Counted from the first letter of the whole stretch, positions 44,364 through 53,594 are shown. The stretch is 63,838 nt of DNA, filler included, from 7 parts of 7 records of this genome joined end to end with filler, not necessarily neighbours in it, one strand, 5' to 3'. Numbers and translations: made by a program. The notes: generated by a model not told the origin, from the letters alone.

Positions 44364-44463
44364 NNNNNNNNNNNNNNNNNNNNNNNNNNNNNNNNNNNNN
44401 NNNNNNNTTAATTAATTAANNNNNNNNNNNNNNNNNNNNNNNNNNNNNNNNNNNNNNNNNNNN
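44364..44463. other. Artificial contig spacer
   Basis: N44-TTAATTAATTAA-N44. Confidence 0.99.
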
Positions 44464-44487
44464 GGTTGAAAAACGGACCCATTACCG

Positions 44488-45351
44488 ATGAACGTACATC
44501 TCGGCACCCGCCCATCACACATCGCCCAACCACATATTCGGTTCCCCGATCTTGCCAGGATTCTCGATACGCTGGGCGCATGGGTTCTTGCTCTTGTCTG
44601 GATTGCGCCGCTGTTATTTGCCCTTTGGGCGGCACTGCAACCGTCGGGCAGTGCACTGGAACTTGATTTCAGTGCACCACTGACCTTGCAGAATTTCATT
44701 GATGTCTGGAATGCCGTGCCTTGGATCGGCTATTTCGTCAATACGCTTACGCTTGTGTCCCTGATCCTGATGGGTCAGCTTGTTTTGTGCACATTGGCCG
44801 GTTTTGCCTTTGCCCGGTTTGCGTTCCGCGGCCGTGATGCCCTTTTCATTCTGGTGCTGTTGCAGTTGTTCATCCTGCCAGAAGTTCTGATTGTCGAAAA
44901 CTATGCCATAGTTGCCAAACTGGGCCTGTTTGATACCGCCCTTGGCATCGGCCTGCCCTATATGGCCAGCGCATTTGGCATTTTCCTGCTGCGTCAGGCC
45001 TTCAAATCCGTACCGCTTGAACTTGAAGAAGCCGCACGTATCGAGGGATGCAGCTGGATGGGCGTTTTGTGGAAGGTTTATGTCCCTGCGGCCAAGCCGG
45101 TTTATCTGGCGTATGCGCTGGTGTCGGTGGCGACCCACTGGAACAATTTCCTGTGGCCGCTTATCGTGACAAATTCACAGGAAACCCGGCCCTTGACCGT
45201 GGGGCTTTCATTGTTCGGTGCGCCGGAAACCGGTGTTGATATTTCGGTGATCAGTGCTGCCACCATCCTGACCATTTTGCCGCTTCTGATCGCCTTCCTG
45301 ATTTTCCAGCGCCAGTTCATTCAGGCATTTCTGCGTGCCGGGATCAGATGA
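44488..45351 (+). CDS. Carbohydrate ABC transporter permease (UgpE/MalG-like)
   Basis: ELEEAARIEG EAA loop; WNNFLWPL. Confidence 0.92.
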   Translation: MNVHLGTRPSHIAQPHIRFPDLARILDTLGAWVLALVWIAPLLFALWAALQPSGSALELDFSAPLTLQNFIDVWNAVPWIGYFVNTLTLVSLILMGQLVLCTLAGFAFARFAFRGRDALFILVLLQLFILPEVLIVENYAIVAKLGLFDTALGIGLPYMASAFGIFLLRQAFKSVPLELEEAARIEGCSWMGVLWKVYVPAAKPVYLAYALVSVATHWNNFLWPLIVTNSQETRPLTVGLSLFGAPETGVDISVISAATILTILPLLIAFLIFQRQFIQAFLRAGIR

Positions 45352-45460
45352 ACCGCAAGCTGTCCCGTTGACCCGGCGATACAAATTTGAATAACGCCAC
45401 TTAAATATCGGGCATGGCTATTCATTCCTGAATCCAACAGACTGGCAACGTTCATAACTT

Positions 45461-46456
45461 TTGAAGTTTTTTCATATGCCGGTTCTGATCCTGCTTGTCA
45501 GCACAACAGTCGTCTGGGCGATGCTTCTGGTGTGCAACCGGATTGCATTGACAGCGTTTGATGTCGATGTTTATGCCATGACCTGCTGGCAGCTGGTTTT
45601 CGGCGGGCTGGCACTTGTGCTGATGGCGCCTGGAAGGCTCATTCCGTGGCGGCAATTCACCTTGCCGATCAACTGGGCATATGGGGTTTTGCGCGTTCTG
45701 ACCGGGGTCAACTGGACCGCGGCACTGGTCTATATCAGCGCGCCTGAAAGCGGAATTTTATCACAAACCGGCATGCCGATGGCGGCCCTTGCCGCGGCCT
45801 TTATCCTTGGTCGCGCACCGGGCAAGGCGGAATGGTTCGGGCACACGATCCTGCTTGCCGGTGCCGGTTTTCTGGCGTGGCATCTGCCCGACGGCCTTGC
45901 CAACCCTGCGGTGTGGTTGATGCTGGCGTCCGAGGTTACGGCGATTTTATCATCCGTTCTGGCGGAAAAACACCCTGACAACCAGATCAAAGATGCGTGG
46001 TCGCATCTGCGATTTACCGGGGTTTTGTTGCTGATTACCGCATCGGTATTTTTGATCTTCCCGCCGCTGATCGGTTTTATCAGCCCGGTTCCGATCCCCT
46101 ATACCTCGCTTGACGGGTTCTTCGGGATCGAGACCATATTGGCCGGTCTGATCCTTGGCACACTATTGCGCGGTCCTGCCATGGTCCTGACATTGCGGTC
46201 GATCAAGACAGCCGGGATGGAGAAATACATCCTTGCGACCAGTATCCTGCCTTTCATCCTTCTGGGCCTTGAAATGCTGGCCGCGCAATTTGAACTGACG
46301 CCAGCCCCCACCCATAACAGCGTTTTCTGGATTTCGGCCCTTCTGGTGATGCTGGGCATTATTCAGATCACCTATTCGAAACGTCTCCATTCCAGACGCC
46401 TGAAGGCGCTTGGTGCAACCACCCCGGCCGGGGCAGCCCCCACTGCCCCGGCCTGA
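45461..46456 (+). CDS. DMT/EamA-like 10-TM transporter
   Basis: About ten hydrophobic helices in two halves; start uncertain (45461 TTG or 45476 ATG). Confidence 0.65.
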   Translation: MKFFHMPVLILLVSTTVVWAMLLVCNRIALTAFDVDVYAMTCWQLVFGGLALVLMAPGRLIPWRQFTLPINWAYGVLRVLTGVNWTAALVYISAPESGILSQTGMPMAALAAAFILGRAPGKAEWFGHTILLAGAGFLAWHLPDGLANPAVWLMLASEVTAILSSVLAEKHPDNQIKDAWSHLRFTGVLLLITASVFLIFPPLIGFISPVPIPYTSLDGFFGIETILAGLILGTLLRGPAMVLTLRSIKTAGMEKYILATSILPFILLGLEMLAAQFELTPAPTHNSVFWISALLVMLGIIQITYSKRLHSRRLKALGATTPAGAAPTAPA

Positions 46457-46494
46457 GAACGAAAAGAACAATAAGCCCCCCTTGCGCCACCAAT

Positions 46495-46651
46495 GCAGGG
46501 TCGCCCGGCGGTCAGGAGCCCCTTTCTTCTGACCGCATCCCCAAACGGCCAGCCTCCCAAAAAATTGGCCGTCCGACCCTGTTTCCATCCGGTGGTCTCC
46601 CTTCCGGATGGACCGAAACGCCCGGGTTCCCCGCCTGGGCGTTTCCTGTTT
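46495..46651 (+). ncRNA. Candidate multi-hairpin sRNA with C-rich (anti-SD) loops, cuckoo/alpha-r14-like
   Basis: Five stems found by eye; loops CCCCUUU, GCCUCCC, GUCUCCC, UUCCCC; the last hairpin is followed by U-rich sequence. Confidence 0.55.
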
Positions 46652-46812
46652 AATGGCAACGGATACTTCCCGATAAGATTGCCCCAAACAAGCATCTGAA
46701 ACTTGAAATTGATACCGCCGTAAATTGGCCTAAACTGTCTGCAACAAGACCTGGCAATAACGGGCCAAGCAAGCACCCGAAAAAAGGGGCGCAAACAGAG
46801 CGGGGATTTCCA

Positions 46813-48462
46813 ATGGCAAGTCTGCAACAACCGGACAATTACGAAACACTCAAATCCAAAATCGATACAGCCGCCATCGTCGGCCATACCACCGACAACA
46901 CGGCGAAAATCTGGGTAAGGGCCTATATGACCGGGCGCTGGACACTGATTGTCACTGTGCAAAAACTACCCGAGGATGCCTATGATCTGTCAGGCAAAAG
47001 CCTTGCTGCTATGAAGGCCGCAAACAGTGATATCGTTTTTATGGAAGAACGCGAATTCACCCGTGAAACCGACCTGACCATGACGTTCGAGGTAGACAAC
47101 CTTGAACCAGATACCCGCTATTACTATTACCTTGCATCGGACAAGCTTGATCTTGAGCGCTGCATCGAGATGGGCGGCGAACATGATTACTGGTTCCGGA
47201 CATTGCCCAAAAACCCGCAGTCATTGCAGTTCGGGTTTTATTCCTGCCACGACCCGTTTAGCGTCAAACCCAACAGCGAAGGCGCATGGGACAAGTTTTA
47301 TGATGTCCTGAACGAACGCCGTGCGGATTTTGTCATTGGCGGCGGCGATCAGGTTTATTGTGATACCAATCACGCATCGCGCATGCAGGACGTCTGGGTG
47401 TGGCTAAAGAATAACAAAAACGCCTTGCTGGCCGCCTATAGCACACCTGATGACAACCTCGACGAACCCGCGATCATTGATTATTTCACCAAGCTTTATC
47501 GCACCTATTACCGGATTTACTGGCAGTTCGAACATCTGCTGTCTGTTTACCGGCGTTTCCCGCAATACATGATATGGGACGATCACGAGATCATGGACGG
47601 CTGGGGCTCGCTGACCGCGGATGAGCGCAAGGCCAAGCTCGCCAATTTCTTTCAGGATGATGACGAGGACGCCAATTACGCGCTTGTAATGCTGATGTTC
47701 AAGGCCGCAGCGCGGGCCTATCTTGAATATCAGCATGCGCATAACCCTGACAGCATGATCGTCAATGGCGATCCCGATGCCAGCCACTGGGATTATAAAT
47801 TCGATCAGGGAGCCTATGGCTTTTACATGCTTGACGTGCGCGGCCATCACGATTGTGAATTACCCGACGGACAGCGATTATTGGGGGCGGAACAGTTCGA
47901 ACGCTTCAAAAGCTGGATCAATTCGGCCGCAACCAAAAAGAAAAAGGCGATCTTTATCTGTTCGCCCGTGCCCGTCGTGCACTGGACGGAAAGTGCCGTA
48001 AACACGCTCGATTTTGGCGGTCAAAAGGATGATTTCATGGATGAATGGGGCCATGAAACCAACCACAAGGAACGAAATGCGATGCTTGAATTGCTGCTGG
48101 CGCGATCCGCTGAAAGCAGCATCCCGATTGTGATCCTGAGCGGGGATGTCCATTGCGCCAGCGCGTTTCAGATCACGCATGGCAAAACCTATCCCGGGGC
48201 AAGGTTGTTCAATGTAACGTCAAGTGCGATTTCACGCAAACCGGCACCGGGCATTGCCACCGCCGCCATGCAAAAATCGGCCGATATAGACGGGTTCGAT
48301 GGCGGTCGGTTTGAACAGATGTTCCGTTTTGCCGGGGAAAACAATTTCGCGCTGATCAATGCCGATTGCCGGGATGGTGACCTCAAAATAAGCGCCACCC
48401 TTTACTGGGCCGAACCCGGATCGGAAAGTGTCACACAGAAGGTGATCAAGCTGGTTGGCTAA
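46813..48462 (+). CDS. Alkaline phosphatase D (PhoD) family protein lacking an export signal
   Basis: FYSC, GGDQVYCD, WDDHE, LDVR, DEW, SGDVH; FN3-like N-domain (L.PDTRYYY). Confidence 0.85.
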   Translation: MASLQQPDNYETLKSKIDTAAIVGHTTDNTAKIWVRAYMTGRWTLIVTVQKLPEDAYDLSGKSLAAMKAANSDIVFMEEREFTRETDLTMTFEVDNLEPDTRYYYYLASDKLDLERCIEMGGEHDYWFRTLPKNPQSLQFGFYSCHDPFSVKPNSEGAWDKFYDVLNERRADFVIGGGDQVYCDTNHASRMQDVWVWLKNNKNALLAAYSTPDDNLDEPAIIDYFTKLYRTYYRIYWQFEHLLSVYRRFPQYMIWDDHEIMDGWGSLTADERKAKLANFFQDDDEDANYALVMLMFKAAARAYLEYQHAHNPDSMIVNGDPDASHWDYKFDQGAYGFYMLDVRGHHDCELPDGQRLLGAEQFERFKSWINSAATKKKKAIFICSPVPVVHWTESAVNTLDFGGQKDDFMDEWGHETNHKERNAMLELLLARSAESSIPIVILSGDVHCASAFQITHGKTYPGARLFNVTSSAISRKPAPGIATAAMQKSADIDGFDGGRFEQMFRFAGENNFALINADCRDGDLKISATLYWAEPGSESVTQKVIKLVG

Positions 48463-48495
48463 AAAAAACCGGTCCCCGGGGGAACGGGGACCGGT
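48461..48495 (-). terminator. Intrinsic terminator of the MFS gene (convergent with phoD)
   Basis: ACCGGTCCCC...GGGGACCGGT with an A run on the + strand (U run on the minus strand). Confidence 0.75.
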
Positions 48496-48576
48496 CAGGC
48501 CGCACTCAAGCTTTCGCTTGCGGGGTCGGGGGAACGATGTGCGGCCTTTTCTGTCTGGTTGGGGAATATCCTGTTT

Positions 48577-49633
48577 TCAGTGTGCGTCGACGGATGGTTT
48601 GCCCGATCCTGCCGGACGTGCGAGCGGCAGAAGCAGCAAAGCCAGAATGAAGATGCCGGCCATGGCAAGCTGCACGTCGTTGAACGAAATCATGCTGGCT
48701 TCGCGCGTGACGATATTGACGATGGATTTCATCGCACTAGCCTGTGGGTCGGGCAGCCCCATGGCACCGTATCGTGCCGTCATGGTCGCCAGATAATTCT
48801 GGAAGGCCGTGCTTGATGTATTGATATGTTCGGCCAGATGGGCGAAATGCAGGTCGGTGCGTTTATCAAGCATGGTGTTGATCGCAGCCAAGCCAATCGC
48901 CCCGCCAAGGTTGCGCATCAGGTTATAAAGGCCGCTGGCGTTTTTGATCTTTTCCGGTGGCAAGGTGCCAAGTGCCAGATTGGTGATCGGCAGCATGCAG
49001 AACATCAGGGCAAAACCACGCACAGCCTGCGGCAGGATCAGTTCGTGAAACGATACCTGACTGTTCTGAAAACCGTTCAGGGCAACCCCCACCGCAAACA
49101 ACGCCAGACCAAAGCCCAGCACGACACGCGCAGGCAATCTGGCCGTCAGTTTCCCGGCAATCGGGGCAGAAATGAACTGGCAAATGCCGGTGACCGCCAT
49201 GATGGTGCCGATTTCCAGACTGTCATAGCCGCGCACACGGCTTAGCAACAGCGGCAGGATATAGACACTGCCATAAAGCCCGATGCCAAGGGTGAAACTG
49301 AAGATACAGCCCATGGCAAAGTTGCGATCCCTGAACGAGCGCAGATCGACAATCGGATGATCATAGGTGAACATCCGCCGGAAGAAGTAGAGTCCCGAAA
49401 TCACGCAGATCACGGCACCATAAACAATGGCGCGTTCATCAAACCAGTCATCTTTTGGGCCCTCGTCCAGCACATATTCCAGACTGCCGAGAAAGGCTGC
49501 CATCGCAAGCAATCCGCGCAGATCAAAGCCACGGAGCAGCGACCGATCGCCACGATCAACATCAAGCGTTACCGCGACGACAAGCGCGATCAGCATGCCC
49601 GGCACAACATTGATCAGAAACAGCCAGTGCCAC
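48577..49633 (-). CDS. DHA2/EmrB family MFS efflux permease (5'-truncated)
   Basis: FLINVVPG, YVLDEGPKDDWF, ASGLYNLMRNLGGAIG. Confidence 0.92.
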
Positions 49634-49733
49634 NNNNNNNNNNNNNNNNNNNNNNNNNNNNNNNNNNNNNNNNNNNNTTAATTAATTAANNNNNNNNNNN
49701 NNNNNNNNNNNNNNNNNNNNNNNNNNNNNNNNN
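49634..49733. other. Artificial contig spacer
   Basis: N44-TTAATTAATTAA-N44. Confidence 0.99.
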
Positions 49734-49763
49734 TCGAACCAAGGACCCTCTGATTAACAGTCA
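49734..49763 (-). repeat. att site: duplicated tRNA-Asn fragment (anticodon arm to T loop)
   Basis: Reverse complement TGA-CTGTTAA-TCAGAGGGTCCTTGGTTCGA; tRNA-like sequence stops just 5' of the anticodon loop. Confidence 0.85.
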
Positions 49764-49878
49764 TATTTTTATCACAAAACACCAAAATAACAAATGATAA
49801 AAAAATGCTTAAAATTGCTTGTTATACAATGCTTTAATGTGAATAATATTTGATTTGTTATGTTTATTCTTTGCTTTA

Positions 49879-49910
49879 TTGTGTTACATTTGTGTTACAA
49901 TTGTGTAACA
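49879..49910 (+). repeat. Three tandem putative integrase arm-type sites
   Basis: TTGTGTTACA at 49879 and 49890, TTGTGTAACA at 49901 (11-bp period). Confidence 0.75.
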
Positions 49911-49926
49911 ACATAAATAATAAGGT

Positions 49927-51147
49927 TTGAATATAGCAAGCACAAAAATTTACTTAGATAGCAATAGACCTAAGGAAAACGGAAAATGTTCTGTAAAAAT
50001 TAAAGTTACATTCAACAGAAAACGAAAATATTTTGCTACTGGAGTTGATTTAACGCCTGATGAGTTTGAGCAAATTTTCTATGGTAAGCGTAAAAATCCA
50101 AAGCAAAAAGAAATTAAAAAACGCATAGAATACTTTGAGTCTAAAGCAGACGATGTTATTAAAGCCCTCAAAGTCTTTTCTTTTGATGCTTTCAAAGAAC
50201 ATTACTTAGATGAAAGAAACACGACCGACAGCGTTTCATTCGCATTTGATAAGTACATTGAGAGTCTTAAAGTTGAAAAGCGAATTGGTACAGCTGTAAG
50301 TTATGAATGTGCTAAGAATAGTATTTCGAGCTTCAATAAGAACTTAACCTTTGCAGACATAACACCAAATTTCCTAAAGAAGTATGAAAATTGGATGCTT
50401 GAAAACCGCAACAGTATTTCAACAGTAGGTATTTATTTAAGAAGTCTAAGGGCTGTTTATAATAAGCAAAAGATTGACAAAACAGCTTACCCTTTCGGTA
50501 AAGAAAAATACACGATACCAACCAGTGAGAACACTAAAAAGGCTTTAACCATTGATGAGGTTGGAAAAATTTTTCATTTTGAGATTGAGCCGAACAGTAC
50601 TAAGGAAATGGCAAGAGATTACTGGATATTCCTATACCTATGTAATGGTATGAACGTAAAGGATTTTTGTTTACTTAAATGGAGTAATATTTCTGATAAT
50701 GTTATTAGATATTCAAGAGCTAAAACAAAACGAAGTCAAAAGATACAAAAAGAAATAACCGTGGCACTCAAACCGCAAAGCCTTGAAATTATAAGAAAAT
50801 GGGGGCAACCCTCAATAAACAAAGATGCTTTTATTTTTCCGCACCTCAATGATAAAATGAATGAAGTACAAAAAAGAGCTACGCATCAACAACTAACTAA
50901 AATCATAAATAAATACGTTAATCAAGTGGCAAAAGATGTAGGTATAAATAAAAAAGTAACAACCTATTTTGCAAGGCATAGTTTTGCGACTATTTTAAAG
51001 CGTTCAGGTGCTAATATCTCAATGATAAGCGATTTATTGGGGCATAGTGACGTATCTGTAACCGAAAGTTATTTAGGGCAATTTGAGGACGATAAAATAC
51101 AAGAGCAAACAGACGTTTTAACAACAGCATTTGAAAAAGCTATGTGA
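49927..51147 (+). CDS. Tyrosine integrase (arm-binding, SAM-like and catalytic domains; Bacteroidota type)
   Basis: VKIKVTFNRKRKYF arm domain; YLRSLRAVYN; YFARHSFAT; LLGHS...TESY. Confidence 0.95.
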   Translation: MNIASTKIYLDSNRPKENGKCSVKIKVTFNRKRKYFATGVDLTPDEFEQIFYGKRKNPKQKEIKKRIEYFESKADDVIKALKVFSFDAFKEHYLDERNTTDSVSFAFDKYIESLKVEKRIGTAVSYECAKNSISSFNKNLTFADITPNFLKKYENWMLENRNSISTVGIYLRSLRAVYNKQKIDKTAYPFGKEKYTIPTSENTKKALTIDEVGKIFHFEIEPNSTKEMARDYWIFLYLCNGMNVKDFCLLKWSNISDNVIRYSRAKTKRSQKIQKEITVALKPQSLEIIRKWGQPSINKDAFIFPHLNDKMNEVQKRATHQQLTKIINKYVNQVAKDVGINKKVTTYFARHSFATILKRSGANISMISDLLGHSDVSVTESYLGQFEDDKIQEQTDVLTTAFEKAM

Positions 51148-51187
51148 TTTTTTTACGCTTCACATTAATCACTAATTCAATTATAAT

Positions 51188-51421
51188 ATGATAAACATTA
51201 ACACCAACGGAAAAGGCGTGCCGTTTATACAACAGCGTGTTCTTACAGATACTGAAATGCTTAAAATTCTGAACAGTGATAAGTTTACTGGAGCTGAAAA
51301 GGAACAGGTTAGACAGCTTCAAAGGAATTTAAATAAAATGATAATTGAACAGGGCTTTTCTAAGGACCGTTTAATACCAATGATAGACAGCAACAACAAA
51401 ACATTTATTTGGTTCGACTAA
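51188..51421 (+). CDS. Small hypothetical protein
   Basis: 77-aa ORF co-oriented in the element; no recognised motif. Confidence 0.5.
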   Translation: MININTNGKGVPFIQQRVLTDTEMLKILNSDKFTGAEKEQVRQLQRNLNKMIIEQGFSKDRLIPMIDSNNKTFIWFD

Positions 51422-51445
51422 GGCGACCGTAAGTATAAAAGACAA

Positions 51446-52831
51446 ATGATAGGACTTGTTAAAGATGATTGGCTAATTAACAATCATAATATTTTTGAAT
51501 TACAACAGGATATCGAACTGTCAATATCTGTTATTCAATATGAAATACTAAACCAAATAGAATTAAAAGACATTAATTCCATTGAGAAATATTTAAGGTT
51601 TGAAGTTGATATATCTCAAGAAATATGGGGAACTGAAAACCTCACTATTGAAAAAGTATTTGCAGATTTTTTAGGACTTGCAAGCATTGACCCTTTAGAA
51701 CAAAAAACGATTAAGATTAGTCAAGTTTTATGCTATTTACAATTATCCTTGCTTAAAGAATACTACGAAAATAAACACAAAAACATACTTACTTTTTCCC
51801 AGTATAAAACACATTATAATTCATTGCTCCAAAGTTTTTTGAATTCAAATATTGATACAGATGAACAAGATTTTATTAAAGCTGAATTGAGCTTTTGTAA
51901 TAAACTTATAACTGAACTTGACAAGCCTGTTTATAGCTTAATTAGCCCTTTAAATAAGATAATGGACAAGCCTTGCGATTTCAAGAAAAACCTTACAAAC
52001 AGCATTGATAAGCGTAAAAAATTCCTTGAACAAAAGGAAAAAGAAAAGCTACAACCAGTTAAAGAAAATGAAACTGAAAAGAAAATTGAAATTTGGTGTT
52101 CCGAGTATGAGCTAAGGCGGTTTATTGATATGGCTTTACGTTGGAGCATTGATGCAGTTTATAACAGTAGAACAGAAAACAACCCTTATTCTGTATACGA
52201 CCATTTCGTGAAAAACGCCCGTATAAACTTTGATTTGTTTGCTCAACAATTAAATACGAAACTTACCGAAAATGAGAATTGGAAAGCAATAGAAATAGAT
52301 TTAAACAATCGTTTTCTTAAAGGACTAAAAAAGTACATTAATTGGTACAATGAGAATAGAAAAGAATTAAATAAATTTCAACCGTATTGCCCGTATTCTT
52401 TAATGCTCAATGTAATCGAAAGCACCAAAGCAGAAATTATAAAATACTTTCCTGATTTAGAAACCGAAGTCATACCACCTCAACAATACGAAAAGCCAAA
52501 ACGCGAATTAAAACTTAAAGGCTTTTTTATTAAAGATTTTTCAAGTGATACTATTGCAAAAATTCAAACTGAATTCAAAGAGTTGGAGGGTAAGGATTTA
52601 GCAATACTAATTTATCTACTTCATAAAGAATACAATATAATTGAGATATTAACTAACTCAAATACACAAGGCAGAAAAAGTTTTGTAAAATGTTTAAAGG
52701 AAACTGATAATCCTGCAATGCAGAAAGTAAATAAATGTTTTGTGCCGAATACAGACGATTTAATTTATACTAAAAAGGATTTGGTTTTTCAGTCATTAAA
52801 CAAAAGACTTACTGAAACAATAAAAAAATAG
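51446..52831 (+). CDS. Hypothetical protein (helical; possible regulator or cargo)
   Basis: 461-aa ORF in AT-rich DNA between int and xis. Confidence 0.75.
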   Translation: MIGLVKDDWLINNHNIFELQQDIELSISVIQYEILNQIELKDINSIEKYLRFEVDISQEIWGTENLTIEKVFADFLGLASIDPLEQKTIKISQVLCYLQLSLLKEYYENKHKNILTFSQYKTHYNSLLQSFLNSNIDTDEQDFIKAELSFCNKLITELDKPVYSLISPLNKIMDKPCDFKKNLTNSIDKRKKFLEQKEKEKLQPVKENETEKKIEIWCSEYELRRFIDMALRWSIDAVYNSRTENNPYSVYDHFVKNARINFDLFAQQLNTKLTENENWKAIEIDLNNRFLKGLKKYINWYNENRKELNKFQPYCPYSLMLNVIESTKAEIIKYFPDLETEVIPPQQYEKPKRELKLKGFFIKDFSSDTIAKIQTEFKELEGKDLAILIYLLHKEYNIIEILTNSNTQGRKSFVKCLKETDNPAMQKVNKCFVPNTDDLIYTKKDLVFQSLNKRLTETIKK

Positions 52832-52941
52832 TTGTCTAGTTGTTTGTAGTTGTCTAACAACTTTAAGAAACTAAATATCAATAAGTTACGATAAAAAACT
52901 ACATAATTTTACGACAGTAATAATTTAAAACTGTTGTAATA

Positions 52942-53289
52942 ATGGAAAATGTAACATTTAATGATTTACCCAAAGCGGTAACTACACTGACAAAAGAAGT
53001 CAGTGAACTCAAACGCCTGTTAATTGAAAAGCAGGAACAACACACCACCGAACAGCCTGAACAATTCTTAACCGTTCAGGAAGCTGCAAAATTTCTAAAC
53101 CTTACAGTACCTACCATTTATAGCAAGGTAAGTAAGGGCGAATTGCCCGTAATGAAGCGAAGCAAACGCTTGTACTTTTCTAATACCGAACTTATGGAAT
53201 ACTTAAGAGAGGGGCGTAAAAAATCTAATACGGAAATAGAAGCAGAAGCGGAAGCGTACTTGTCTAACAATAGAAAAGGGTTGAAATAA
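52942..53289 (+). CDS. Excisionase-like HTH_17/MerR-type DNA-binding protein
   Basis: LTVQEAAKFLNLTVPTIYSKVSKGELP..KRSKRLYF. Confidence 0.9.
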   Translation: MENVTFNDLPKAVTTLTKEVSELKRLLIEKQEQHTTEQPEQFLTVQEAAKFLNLTVPTIYSKVSKGELPVMKRSKRLYFSNTELMEYLREGRKKSNTEIEAEAEAYLSNNRKGLK

Positions 53290-53594
53290 TGAGAAACACT
53301 AATAACAACCCTTTGCATAAAAGACAAGACAAAGATAAGCGATTTAAGGCACAATTAAAGCAAGTTTACACAGCTTTGATGGCAAAGCCTATGACAATGA
53401 AAGAAACAGATGTTTACACAGGCGTAATGCGTGAAAACATTTGTAGATACATAGATACTTTACGTGAAGAAGGTAGAATTGCATTGGTACGAAAACGTAA
53501 ATGCACAATTACAGGATATAATAATGTTGGAGAATACACAGCAAATCCTGATTTATTCCCTGTTTCTAACCAATTAAAACTACCATTATGTTAG
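53289..53594 (+). CDS. Small winged-HTH-like protein
   Basis: MTMKE...TGVMRENICRYI..L...G.I pattern; translationally coupled to both neighbours. Confidence 0.7.
   Translation: MRNTNNNPLHKRQDKDKRFKAQLKQVYTALMAKPMTMKETDVYTGVMRENICRYIDTLREEGRIALVRKRKCTITGYNNVGEYTANPDLFPVSNQLKLPLC

Noticed and set aside
46457-46469. GAAC-GAAAA-GAAC as an alphaproteobacterial LexA box
   Set aside because: The spacer is 5 nt; the consensus requires GAAC-N7-GAAC.
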